DNA from: Tubiluchus corallicola
Lineage: Eukaryota; Animalia; Priapulida
NCBI GenBank assembly: GCA_030141605.1
Contig: JAQGDQ010000180.1
Span: forward strand, 1-64,000
DNA length: 64,000 nucleotides
Direction of reading: 5' to 3'
Shown here: positions 48,565 through 60,600 of the stretch, piece after piece
Layout of the letters: each line of letters begins with the position of its first letter
How positions within the stretch are numbered: the first letter of the stretch is position 1
The notes under the pieces: generated by a model
What the model saw: the letters and a program-made list of their open reading frames with translations, nothing else
Told to the model about the DNA's origin: nothing
The model's database searches: none
Translations under genes and position numbers: made by a program

Positions 48565-49545
48565 AGGAAGACGGGATGATTTTTCACTTACTACCCCATT
48601 TTCAACTCTGATAAAGAGTATACATTTTAACACAATTAATACTGAAAAAGCGGTTGTTGTGGAGATCGCTGGCATCTATTAGAATTACATAGAACATTGA
48701 GGAATGTTCCGCTGGAATGATCGCCTTACCGTCTGGAATGTCCCTGGAACATAACTTCTGGAAGCTTTATATAAGGCGTAGCAGGCCACTGACGGGGGAG
48801 CATTCAGATAGCACACAGACGCACACTCACACTTTCTCTTGCATACTTACATTTTCAGATACACTAAAACGTTTTCCAGATTTTCATGTTTAGTGTAATC
48901 ATTTCGCGTTCCTTCATACTTTTGTGTAGTAGAATTCTCGCTTAATAAACTAGTTTAATTTGACGGCGTGTTTTCTGGTTTTCTCTACGAGCCTTCCGAG
49001 AGGAACAAAACACAACAGCGGTTCTGGTAGTTAAATAATAGATTAAAGTGTTAATTAGCAGCGGGCAAGCCCAACTATTGATGACATCACAAACTAATAT
49101 AATTTTCAACATCAAAAATATTCCATGATTGTGTTGCACGTGTCTGTAAAAGTGAAAATTTAAGTACAGTGCTACTGTAAGCTATTCAGTGTGTTGTACT
49201 AAAACTAAGCATGTTCTAAAAAAAATTAAAATTTCAAATTTACTGCTGTACTCACGCATGAGCTGTCGAATGTGTGTTATTCGTCACAAACTAATACATA
49301 TGAACTGAAAAGTACAGCACCTATTTTTGTGCAATGCGTTTCCTAAATACAGGCGCTAGCGTCCGTCTAACTAGTGAATGTGAAATGCATGTAACAGCGA
49401 AGAACTAGTGGCACGAACGTGAAATTGTGTTTGTGGTAATAATTCTTTCACGTAAGTCATTTTTGAAAAACTAGTATGTTTCCTTTCAATATTTTAAACA
49501 GCAGATTGTTTTGATCTACAGTTTAAGATTGGGTCCGGTTTTTCT
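48565..49545 (-). mobile_element. Kolobok-type MITE family B, reverse, hosting a solo LTR
   Basis: TTAA|AGGAAGACGGGA ... TCCGGTTTTTCT|TTAA. Confidence 0.8.
48655..49017 (+). mobile_element. Solo LTR (363 bp)
   Basis: TGTTGTG...CACAACA ends, exact 5-bp TSD GCGGT (48650-54 / 49018-22), TATATAA near 48769, AATAAA near 48944. Confidence 0.85.
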
Positions 49546-49589
49546 TTAAGGCAATCCAAAACGGTAAATGTCAAAGTCTGGCCATACTA

Positions 49590-49897
49590 GCTCAAGCATG
49601 AGCTGTCGAAAGTGTGTAGTTCGTCACAAACCAACACAACTGAACTGAGAGGTACAGCACCTGTTTTTATGCAATGCGTTTCCAAAATGCTGGCACTAGT
49701 GCCCGTCTAACTAGCGAATGGTGAAATGCATGTAGCGGCAAAGAACTAGGGGTGATAATTCTTTCACGTACGGCACTTTTGAAAAAATAGTGTGTTTCCT
49801 CTTAACATTTTAAAGAGTAAATTGTTTTGACCTACAGTTTAAGAGTGGGCCCGGGTCTTGCTTTAAGGTATTTAAAACGGTAAATGTCAAAGTCTGG
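49590..49897 (-). repeat. Diverged tandem duplicate of the end of the family B MITE plus its flank
   Basis: Repeats ~49255-49582, including the flank aaacggtaaatgtcaaagtctggc. Confidence 0.7.
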
Positions 49898-50418
49898 CTT
49901 TACTACTCTCACCAATCATTAAGTCAGTGAGTGAGTCAGCAACAATATATGCCTCGTGGCTTCCTACCTTGTTCTTGTCAGCGAACAAATGAAATTAAAG
50001 TAATGTTTGAATTAAAAACCACCATTTCCACACTGAATATTAAGCTGCAAATAACCCGTTTTGTTGAAGATACTAGTCTGGTGTAAGAGTTTTGCCTAAG
50101 GTATATTCTACTAAACCAATAGTCAGATTTTTTCAAAAAACTAATCAGTTATTGAAAAGCTGAAAAAAAGTTGCTAAAAGTAAAAAGTAAGTAAAAAAGT
50201 AAGAGTGATTATAACTAATTAGGTTAATTTATAATTCTGAGCCTGAAATGTCAGTGGGTAATTAATTATTTATAATGTTAATACCAAGATTAATAACGGT
50301 ACAAAGAAACAATTTTTCTTGTAATTCAACTTTTTGGTAGTAATAATAAATAAATAAATAATAACTATAATTAATTAAATTTAAAACCACACTTGAAAAA
50401 CAGAAAATGTGAAAAAAA

Positions 50419-50497
50419 TGGGAACACTGCCAAGACTTGAACCAGGGACATTCTGCTTACATTATAGGCGCTAAGACCGCTAGACTACCGAGTTCCC
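50419..50497 (-). pseudogene. tRNA-like sequence (pseudogene or SINE head)
   Basis: Minus strand GGGAAC...GTTCCCA acceptor-like stem, A-box-like TAGTCTAGCGG, B-box-like GGTTCAAGTC, followed by a T7 run; anticodon arm irregular. Confidence 0.5.
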
Positions 50498-50559
50498 CAG
50501 CAATCGTGACAGTCCAAAGTTCATCCCTTATAGCTTATTGCCTAGCCAGCCAATTCAGC

Positions 50560-50772
50560 ATTTCCACTGCTAGATCACACAAGAGTGATTCTTCCACTGG
50601 TAGATCACTCAGAGTGATTCTTCCACTGCTAGATCACTCAGAGTGATTCTTCCACTCCCAGATCACTCAGAGCGATTCTTCCACTGCTAGATCACTCAGA
50701 GTGATTCTTCCACTGATAGATCACTCAGAGTCATTCTTTCACTCCCAGATCACTCAGAGCGATTCTTCCACA
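50560..50772. repeat. 29-bp minisatellite (~7 copies)
   Basis: Unit gattcttccactgctagatcactcagagt. Confidence 0.92.
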
Positions 50773-51097
50773 GCACTGTATTCCAATTTTTGTTTTCGCA
50801 AACATGCTTGCTCATAAAATATTTGTGCCATTACGAAATTATGTTCAGTTGTCAACACTTGCTACTCACAAGCTGTTAAATTCTTAAGACGTTATTTAAT
50901 TATTATAAAAACTTTGTCATTATTACATAAATGTGTTAGAATGCATACTGTTGCTGTAAAACAAGGCAGGATATGAAATTATCCCAATTTCCTTTACTTG
51001 TCACACTTGATTTATTTACATGCGCGACCATGACACAAAAATCAACTAATTTACATTGAATTTCATTAATTTTTTGCTTGATGTTATTCCTTGTTAT

Positions 51098-51493
51098 TAG
51101 GGATGAACATTCTCTACCAGAAAACGAATTTGAATCGAACTGAATTTGTGACTTTCGAATTTGAATCGAACCGAACTTCAGTGTTTCGAATTCGCAGTGA
51201 GATCGAAAGATTTTCGAACAAGTTTTCGAACCACCAGCAAAAATTAGTCTTACAAAGATCATGCATATCACTAGATTTTGTTCTGCAATAAAACGACTAG
51301 TAATTTCTTTAAAATTGTGTGCAGAAATCACAGCTAAATTATGCTAATTGCATGATGTTTCAATCGTTTTAGTGATAAAGAACATGTGTGATTGAAGTGC
51401 TGAATTATTCGAATCTATAGTTTTGGATTCGAATCGAGTTCGAACTAAAAAAATTCGTTCGAATCGAATTCGAATGTTCGATGCTCACCCCTA
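51098..51493. mobile_element. hAT-type MITE
   Basis: Exact 8-bp TSD CTTGTTAT; TIR TAGGGATGAACAT / ATGCTCACCCCTA; subterminal TCGAA clusters. Confidence 0.85.
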
Positions 51494-52826
51494 CTTGTTA
51501 TGCTTTGAATTGCATTTCTGCTTTGAGTTGATTTTTGTTGCTTTTGCCTTTTATACATACACAAACACCTAAAAAATGTCACCACCCTGTGAATAGACTT
51601 GTATTTTTCTCATTTTCATTCGTCGTGATTAATAAATAAACAGATGACTTTAAAACTTACTCACCTGGTTAACAAGTGAAGTTTGACAACCCTTTGTAAA
51701 TTTATGCTTTTACAAAAGTTTGATTTTGACGGTGACCGTAAACTTATTTTTAGACTTGAAACTCAACGTCGAAATTCTAATCAAACATTGGCAGAGGAAC
51801 GAAACTACAAAAATACAAAAAAAATAATTGAAAATAAGCTGTCTATAACAATAGTCACATAGTATACGATAGTATTTTGTAAGCACTCTAGAATACAATG
51901 GAAAGCAGCCTTACCAATTTCAGTCAAATTATTTATTAACTTATTACACGAAACCAACTCCTAAGTCCAACATGGCACCTGAGTAAAGCGGCAGTAACGA
52001 CCGGGAGTTTGAGAACCGAAAGGAATTTTAAACATTTACCTGTTTTGCACCTGTCTGCAATCAGTTACTGTTTCTTATTTAACAGCAGGCTACTGCTGAC
52101 ACATGATAGGTAGCGCCATCTAGAGCTGAATTTTTTTAGTATTCCCTGATCTTGGATAGATCAAGATACACTATGGATTTATTATTTGGTTCAAAACATT
52201 TAGCACTTAAAAAAGCTGCAATAATACCACAGTGACACAGTGTCTACTTTCACTCCTTTGCTCATACCACAATTATTGTAATAACTGGTTTATGGGATCT
52301 GGTGTGAAAGAAAGATGTTTAAAATTGTTGCTCTGTGCACCTGAAATCATGCATACACTGGAAGCAAAATTATTAATACATGTAAAAGCATATATATATC
52401 CTTTTAATTCATGGTAAAATTCCGTACTGTATACATCATACTCGCTTCAGAATAGGTTTTTCTCAGCTTAATAATCTCTCAAACATGCATAGTTGTAAAG
52501 ATTCTAAGTGGTAATACTCTTATGATTATTCTATTGAATCTATTATCCATTATTTCCCTTTATATGCTGTAAGTAGAGAGTAACTCATACACAAGTTATC
52601 CAATTTGTACTTAAATAATATTATCCAAGTTGACATTATTCTTTTGGATACTGTATATCTATAATTTGTTTACTCGTAAATTATAGTACCCTTCAAAACC
52701 TTCACCATAATATAGTTATATTTGATGTTGTTCAAACATAATAAAAAATACTCGTTAATTCGCCTATTAATGTGGTATATGTAACGTTTTTTTGCTTATT
52801 AGTACGTAACATTGAACTAATGTATG

Positions 52827-53225
52827 TGTTAAGGTCAGTTTCTGGCCTTAACATGTAGGTGGCAGCACCTATGTGAACTTACCTGTAATTTTACCTGTGA
52901 AGTTGTAAATTGGGTTGTGCCTCGCTAAACACGCTCACAGAAGCCTCAGCAAACGTTAAGTAATGTTTGATAAATGTTCAAGTATAGCGTCTTTACCTGA
53001 TTTGCTGTAAACCAGTATGACATTTCAAGGATCTGTTAAGTTGTTATAGCCGCACGATGTGAGTAATATTTACTTTATTATCTTAAATTATAATAATTAG
53101 ATTATTATACATTTGTAAGCAGTGAAAAGCAGTCAAATTTATTATTTTCATTTTTTTTTGTATATACAGAAATAAAGATTTCTAAGAACACCATATGCTA
53201 TGAAGGAAATTCTTTGTGTTCCCGT
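52827..53225 (+). repeat. 5' LTR (shared part; true 3' boundary probably further right)
   Basis: Matches 59595-59992 with 3 substitutions and 1 indel by eye. Confidence 0.88.
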
Positions 53226-53896
53226 CACATTTATTTATCCCAGGCTATTATTGGAGATAATTCAACGTCAGCCATAACCACCTGAGGTTTTATGCCATCG
53301 AGCCGCCCAAGTTGATCAAGGTCAGGAAGCCTACAGCACAGGTGTATAACTGCATGCCGGAAGTAGGACAGGAAATGCGTCTACGCTTCTCAGGCCTGTA
53401 TTATGTGAATTGCCTATTGCCAAAACTTTTAAGAACTGTATCAGTGTGGTGAACTGACCTGAAATACTAACCTACTGCATAAAATTATTGCGTTAATTTT
53501 GCGCATAAAGTTATTAAGCCATTAAGACTTGTAAGATTCGCTTGGCTGTTTAGTACTGAAGTATTGAGGGTTTAATAGTATTAAAGTTTTGAAATATTCA
53601 CAGTTTACCAATTAAGATTACATTTTATTTTCGACGACTTGGTATTATTTCCACATGTTAGTGTAGACTGTAGAGAATAACGTGAATTTCTACACTGTCA
53701 GATAATGCTTTGATTTGTTGTACAGTTTACCTAATTGCCTAAATACTAGTAGTACAGTGCAGTGCAGTGCAAAAAGAATTAGACCATATGTTATCGTTGC
53801 TATTTGACTACATGGATTTTTATGCCTATTTCACTAGTTTATCTACTTAGATACTTGTATTATTTTACTGAATTGTACTTTGCTGTATTTTGAAGC

Positions 53897-55426
53897 ATGT
53901 CTGATTTAGGTAAGAAAACTGTCCCTCAGTTACAGCGAATGCTTAAGGACAAGTGTTTACCTGTTAGCGGTCGGAAGCAGGAATTAATTGATAGGCTGTT
54001 GCAGAGCGAAGGCGCAGCTTCCAGCTCAACTGAAGATGAAATGCAGCTTATACCTGCCGCTATACCTGATAGTGGGGAGAAAGAAGAAAGCTTAAGCGAG
54101 CTAAGAAGCCACAGAACGCACAAAAGTCACAAGTCTCCTCATTCACTTAGTTTAAAATCAACCACTGTTTCGGCAACAGCACAAAGAATGTCAGCTGAAG
54201 CGAAAAAGGCTGCTCTTATGATTAAGCAGCAAGCACTTGCAGAAAAGGCAAAATTGCAGTTAAATGAAATGCAGCTCGAACAAGAAAAGCAAAAGTTAGT
54301 TTTGCAACAAGAACAGTTGAAGATAGCTACTGAAATTAAGCAAGCAGACGCTGAGGCAACTGTCTTTGCTCAGTTTGAAGCCGGTAGTCCACGTTCTTCC
54401 GAGGTCGTTTCCTTTGTTGACAAAAGAGAGCAAACGAGAGACTGGGTAGCAAATTATTGCCAAGTGCAACCAGGAAGCAGTTCCTTTCAGGCACCTTTAC
54501 GTGTCAGGCAACCTGAAACCAAAGGGAGGCCTCTGCCAGCAGTACAACCCCCTTACCAGTTTTATGGTTTTCCATTGCCTGGTATCGAGGTAGAGAAATT
54601 CGATGGCAGCCCACTGCAGTATTGTCGCTTCATTAAACAGTTTGAAACAACGGTTGAGAATTACACAACTGACAACATTGCCAGATTAACACTCCTTCTT
54701 CAGTTTTGCAGTGACAAAGTAAAACGCTATATTGACTGCTGTGTGACTAAGGACCCCGTTGTAGGTTACACAAAAGCAAAGCGCATGCTAAAGGAGCGGT
54801 TTGGAAATGAATTTAATATCACTCAAGCATGGATCAAACAGATTTCGGATTTCAAACCCATTAAGGCTGCGGAATATCAGACATTACAGGAATATGCAGA
54901 CTTGTTGCGTGCTTGTTATGAAACTCTGTCAAGTTTAGGTTATTTGTCCGAGATTAATGCTCAAGGAAATCTCGTACAAATCGTTGACAAATTGCCCATT
55001 GGCATTCATTCTCACTGGAGGAAAGAGGTTCATAATATTAAATCTTCTGGGAGAATTCCAGACATCTTTGATGTTGTCACTTTGATAGAAAAACAGGCAC
55101 AGATTGAAAATGATCCCACGTTTCGTAGGAAACCATCAGAGAGGAAGGACGCCTATAAGCCTAAACCAAAGTCTAATTCTGCAAACATTTTTGCTAGTTC
55201 TGGAACATTTGCTAGTTCACATACACGTGAACCTGACAAATCTGAAGAAAAGACTTCCCTTTCATGTGCCCTGTGTTCTGAAGCACATCGGCTTCACAAA
55301 TGCTTCAAGTTCAAGAGGCTAACTGTACCTGGAAGGCTAGAGGTAGCCAAGCAACACAAACTATGTTTTAATTGCCTGAAGCCTAACCACAGTAGTGCAT
55401 CATGTAAGGTCAGCCAGTCGCTGTGA
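53897..55426 (+). CDS. BEL/Pao Gag: SAP domain, coiled coil, DUF1759-like core, zinc knuckles
   Basis: LGKKTVPQLQRMLKDKCLPVSGRKQELIDRL; FDGSPLQY..F; CALC...H....C and CFNC....H....C; third knuckle shifted by a frameshift near 55410. Confidence 0.85.
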   Translation: MSDLGKKTVPQLQRMLKDKCLPVSGRKQELIDRLLQSEGAASSSTEDEMQLIPAAIPDSGEKEESLSELRSHRTHKSHKSPHSLSLKSTTVSATAQRMSAEAKKAALMIKQQALAEKAKLQLNEMQLEQEKQKLVLQQEQLKIATEIKQADAEATVFAQFEAGSPRSSEVVSFVDKREQTRDWVANYCQVQPGSSSFQAPLRVRQPETKGRPLPAVQPPYQFYGFPLPGIEVEKFDGSPLQYCRFIKQFETTVENYTTDNIARLTLLLQFCSDKVKRYIDCCVTKDPVVGYTKAKRMLKERFGNEFNITQAWIKQISDFKPIKAAEYQTLQEYADLLRACYETLSSLGYLSEINAQGNLVQIVDKLPIGIHSHWRKEVHNIKSSGRIPDIFDVVTLIEKQAQIENDPTFRRKPSERKDAYKPKPKSNSANIFASSGTFASSHTREPDKSEEKTSLSCALCSEAHRLHKCFKFKRLTVPGRLEVAKQHKLCFNCLKPNHSSASCKVSQSL

Positions 55427-58400
55427 TGTTTGTAAGAGAAAACATTCCATTTTCTTCCATGCTCAGAATACGAGAGGAAATATTAGCACTGCTGCTGCTG
55501 CACACAAACCCAACAGCAGGCTGTATAGTGGAGAAGAAAAAGAAAAGAAGAATAATAAAGAAGATAACGAGAAACCAAAAGAAGAAGATAGTGAGCACAA
55601 TTGCCAAAGTGGTTACATAAAGAAGACGCATGAGCCTTCTAAGTGCAATGTAGCTTTGCCTATCTTGCCAGTATCTTGCCTTGTTAACATACCAGGTTGT
55701 AAACCATTAAAGACACTAGCACTTCTTGACCCTGGTTCGACAAATACATTCTGCTCTAGCCAAATATATGAAAAGTTAGGTGCTCAGGGCAGAGAAGAAA
55801 CATTAATTTTGACTACGCTTGATGCTAAAAAGAGCCAGAAGAAGTGTAAAGTCACTAAACTACAAGTGTCTGATCCAAACTACAATGTCACGATAGATCT
55901 CCCTCTTGTCTTTACAAGACCATCCCTTATGTTAAAGATGGAGCATTTACCTGTTTATGAGAACTTGAGCTCTTGGCCACACTTACAAGGCATTGACTTC
56001 TATGTTGCCCAGGAAAGATCTCAGTCTCTGGAACTTGGCCTTCTCATAGGGCAAGATGTGCCTGAAGCTCTCGCTTCAATTGAAATAAGAAAAGGACCCA
56101 AACATGCTCCTTGGGCATCACTCAGTGTTTTGAGTTGGACCCTAAATGGGCCAGTTGGACCAACTGAAGTCGAGCATATCAGCTGTAACCTTAGCATTTT
56201 GCAGCCTGTAACACTGGAGCAACAAGTAGAGCGATTCTCTCAGTTAGAATCTTGTGAAGATAACAGCCATAAACCTTCTGTCGAAGATGTAAGAACTGTT
56301 AACATCTGGGAAAGATCCGCAACACTGACTGAAGACCACCACTATATGATGGATATCCCATTTAGAAGCGAATCTCCCGATTTGCCAAATAATAAAGTTG
56401 TTGCAGAGAAGAGACTTGAAGGTTTGAAGAAGAAGTTTAAGCAAGATGAGGTCCTTCACAACAAATACTCTAAAGAGATTAGTGACTTGCTCGAAAAAGG
56501 GTATGCTGAACCTGTAAATGAGGAAGCTGCAACCACTGATGGCAAGGTGTGGTATTTGCCACACTTTAATGTTAAAAGTGAGAGCAAGCCAGAGAAAACA
56601 AGAGTAGTATTTGATTGTGCTGTGAGCTTTGCTGGCACAACATTAAACAAAATTGTAATGGAAGGACCTGATCTAACCAACAAGCTCCTTGGCGTCCTGC
56701 TCAGATTTAGAAAAGGTAAAATAGTAATCGCTGCTGACATCCAGAGCATGTTTTACCAGGTGAGAGTCACTCCTACTGACAGAGATGTACTCCGTTTCCT
56801 GTGGTGGCCTGGAGGCAATATAGAACTAAAACCTGAAATATACAGGATGACTGTCCATATTTTTGGAGGAATATGGTGCCCAAGTATTGCATCATACGCA
56901 CTCCAGAAAACAGCCTACGACAACAGAGCTTTGCACAACAGCACCGTGGTACAAACAGTTATAAACAATTTTTATGTAGACGATCTTCTAAAGTCTCTTT
57001 CAACAACTCAGGAAGGTATTGCAATGATAGAAGACTTTACCAGTCTACTTCACCATGGTGGCTTCCATTTAACAAAATGATGCAGCAATGACCGAGAAGT
57101 TCTCAACTCTATCCCTGCAGAAGAAAGAGGGAAATCAGTGAAGGATATTGATTTAGATAACTCATCCTTGCCTGTTGATCGGGTTCTTGGCATTGCATGG
57201 AACATGGAAGCAGACCATTTTAGTATTCTTGTTAGGAAAAAAGAAAAACCGATGACACGCCGTGGTCTTTTGAGTGTAATGGCTTCATCATATGATCCTA
57301 TGGGAATAATAAGTCCCTATGTTCTGCAAGCGAAGTTACTGTTTCAGGAAGAAACACGATTGAAGAAATCCTGGGATGAACCTTTGGAGGATCACGTGAA
57401 ACAACAATGGAAAAGATGGTTAGAAGAACTTGACTTAATCAAAGATGTGCACCTGAGTCGGTGTTTTACACCACCAAACTTTGAAGCTGTTTCATACCAG
57501 CTTCATCATTTCTCAGATGCATCCGAAAAAGCACTTGGAACTGTATCATATCTTAGATCAGCAAATGCTTCAGGAGATATCGTCTGCACATTTGTGATGA
57601 GTAAAACAAGACTGACCCCCTTTAAGAAAGTCACTTTGCCACGCCTAGAACTGTCAGCTGCTGCGCTTGCAGTAAAAGTTGATTCCATGGTACGGAAGGA
57701 ATTAAGCATTCCTATAGGTACTTCTACATTTTGGGTTGACAGCACAATTGTTCTTGGCTATGTCAACAATGAAAGGGCCAGATACAAAACCTTTGTAGTT
57801 AACCGGTTAGCTACCATACACAGCTTAACAGTTCCCAGCCAATGGAGGCATGTCTCTGGAGATGAAAATCCAGCAAATGATGCATTGCGAGGTTTGTCTG
57901 CAAGAGATTTAATCAGATGGCTGCATGGCCTAGAATTTCTTTACAAACCTGAACCAGAATGGCCAGTTCAAACAGTTCTGCCCACAGTGGATAGTCACGA
58001 CAATGAGATAAAGCAAAGTGTTAAAGTCTTATTGTGTGAAGCTAACCCTTCGAAGTCAGAAGCTACTGACAAGCTTATGGAATATTATAGTAGCTTCTAC
58101 AAACTTAAAAAAGCAGTCACGTGGTTTTTGCTAGTGAAAGCCATTTTGAAGAACAAAATCGCAAAGATCCCATCCTCTCAATGCTATAATACAGAGATTT
58201 CTGTTTCAGAGTTGGAGCAAGCGGAAAAGGCGATTCTCAGCTATATCCAACGCCAACACTTTACTCGGGAATACAGAGCCTTATCTGCCGGACAGCCTGT
58301 CTCCAAATCGAGCAAGATAGCAAAGTTACATCCTGTCCTGTCTAAGGACAACCACATTGTTGTTGGAGGGCGACTTAGAAATGCAGCGCTACCTGAAGCT

Positions 58401-59541
58401 GCCAAACATCCTGCAGTACTTCCTAAAGAGCATCATGTTTCAACCTTAATAATCCGTCATTACCATGAAACCAATGGTCACATTGGAAGAGAACATGTGC
58501 TCTCCTTAGTTCGCTCTGCTTACTGGATTATTCGAGGACGGGCACTTACAAAGAAACTACTAAAAGATTGTCGTAAGTGCCGTCGTCTCTATGCACCCCT
58601 GGAGAGCCAGAAAATGGCAGATTTGCCAGTTGATCGTGTAGAAGGAACTCACGCTTTCGAATGTGTAGGTGTAGACTGCTTCGGAACCTTTTATGTTGTC
58701 AGAGGGCATGCAAAAGCTAAGCGATATGGCTGCATTTTTACTTGCACCACCACTAGAGCAGTTCACCTAGAGATTTTACACACTCGAAACCAGCTCTTTC
58801 ATTCAAGCACTGCAACGTTTCATAAGCCGAAGAGGTCCACCAAGACTAATCAGGTCTGATCAAGGTACAAATTTTGTTGGCGCCCAAAAGGAGCTTCAGA
58901 ATTCTATAACCGAATGGAACCAAAGTCAAATTCAAAGCACTCTACGTCAGAAAAATATAGAATGGATCTTCAACCCTGCTTCAGCTAGCCATTTTGGTGG
59001 CTTCTTTGAGTGCATGATTAGAAGTGTAAAGAAAGTTCTAGTCAGTATCTTGGAACAGCAAACACTGGATGACGAAAGACTTAGTACATTATTCTGTCTA
59101 GTAGAGGCCATTTTAAATAGCCGGCCCCTTACCATTGTTTCAGAAGATCCAAATGACTTAGAAGCTCTGACACCAAACCATTTGTTGCTGCTTCGACCAA
59201 ATCCCGCACTGCCGCCTGGCAACTTCAAAGTAAAGGACCAATACAAAAAGAAGTGGCGCCAAGTCCAGTACATGGCAGACTTAGTCTGGACAAGATGGTA
59301 TCGCGAATACTTGCCTACGTTACAACTGCGAACAAAATGGTTACGAAGCAAAGAAAATCTCAAAGCTGGAGACATAGTTTTGGTAAGCGATAATGTCCAT
59401 CGAAGCCAGTGGATACTTGGGCGAATTACAGATGTCAAGACAAGTGATGATGGATGCGTCCGCTCTGCAACCATAAAGACCAAAAATACGCTTCTAACCC
59501 GACCTATACACAAATTATGTTTAATTGAAAAAGCAGATTAA
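55410..59541 (+). pseudogene. BEL/Pao Pol (protease, RT, RNase H, integrase, DUF5641-like tail), disrupted
   Basis: ALLDPGST, ADIQSMF, FYVDD, in-frame TGA at 57078-80 (Trp position), HHFSDASE, H...GHIG/CRKC, GVDCFG, frameshift near 58782, then RSDQGTNF, LTPNHLL, W..EYLPTLQ. Confidence 0.88.
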
Positions 59542-59594
59542 TTTTGTCATTCTTTTAGTAGAAAATGGCACTCAAGTCCCATTTAAAGGGTGTG

Positions 59595-59992
59595 TGTTAA
59601 GGTCAGTTTCTGGCCTTAACATGTAGGTGGCAGCACCTATGTGAACTTACCTGTAATTTTACCTGTGAAGTTGTAAATTGGGTTGTGCCTCGCTAAACAC
59701 GCTCACAGAAGCCTCAGCAAACGTTAAGTAATGTTTGATAAATGTTCAAGTATAGCGTCTTTACCTGATTTGCTGTAAACCAGTATGACGTTTCAAGGAT
59801 CTATTAAGTTGTTATAGCCGCACGATGTGAGTAATATTTACTTTATTATCTTAAATTATAATAATTAGATTATTATACATTTGTAAGCAGTGAAAAGCAG
59901 TCAAATTTATTATTTTCATTTTTTTTGTATATACAGAAATAAAGATTTCTGAGAACACCATATGCTATGAAGGAAATTCTTTGTGTTCCCGT
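59595..59992 (+). repeat. 3' LTR, apparently truncated
   Basis: Follows a short purine-rich tract aaagggtgtg; identity to the 5' LTR stops at ttcccgt without a CA end or TSD. Confidence 0.85.
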
Positions 59993-60179
59993 GTATTTCT
60001 ATGTATCCCATCTATTTCTATGTATTTCATCTGCAGTAATTACTCCACCTGTATACCCTTTCTTCTTCCCGAGCGCTCTTTATCAGTGATTACCGTGGCC
60101 AAAGTTTTTTCTCTTTGACAATAATGAAATATGGTTACATAAAAAATCTCATATCTTAAGCTTTACTCAAATGTGGGAT

Positions 60180-60600
60180 AATCAGAACAGTAACAATGTA
60201 AACAAGAAAAACCTATTGTAAAAGCTTAAATTAAAACTTGAAAGTACGTATTTGGTCACATGGAGAGCATTCAACAGGGTACCCAATGATGAAAATCCAG
60301 AATGAAGTAAACTAAGAACCTGTTGCAAAATAAAAAACAGTTACGTTACGAAAAATCATTTGCTCATTTCCGAAACTAAAACAACTTTTTGTAAACTACG
60401 AAAAAGCGCCCATAGTCTAGCCATTGAGACAGGAAGGCATCATAAACCTTACAAGCTGTCAATAAATACAAGGATCTGTAAACAATGTAATAATAATGAA
60501 ATTGAAGATGAGTTACACGTAATGCTTGCCTGCCGTAAGTATGAACATAGAAGACAAAATATGTTCGCATAAATTAATTCTTTATGTCCTAATTTTCAAA
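60180..60600 (+). mobile_element. LINE ORF2 C-terminal remnant (RTEX-like)
   Basis: KLRKSAHSLAIETGR...RICKQC....EDELHVMLAC zinc-knuckle pattern; stops and frameshifts upstream. Confidence 0.6.

Larger units (their letters stand above)
52827..59992 (+). mobile_element. BEL/Pao LTR retrotransposon, near complete but disrupted
   Basis: Direct repeats 52827-53225 and 59595-59992 starting TGTTAAGG; gag with three Cys/His knuckles; PR-RT-RH-IN order; FYVDD. Confidence 0.93.

Noticed and set aside
55395-55426. Programmed gag-pol ribosomal frameshift
   Set aside because: No slippery heptamer seen, the shift falls between the zinc knuckles, and BEL/Pao elements usually have one ORF; a 1-bp insertion is simpler.
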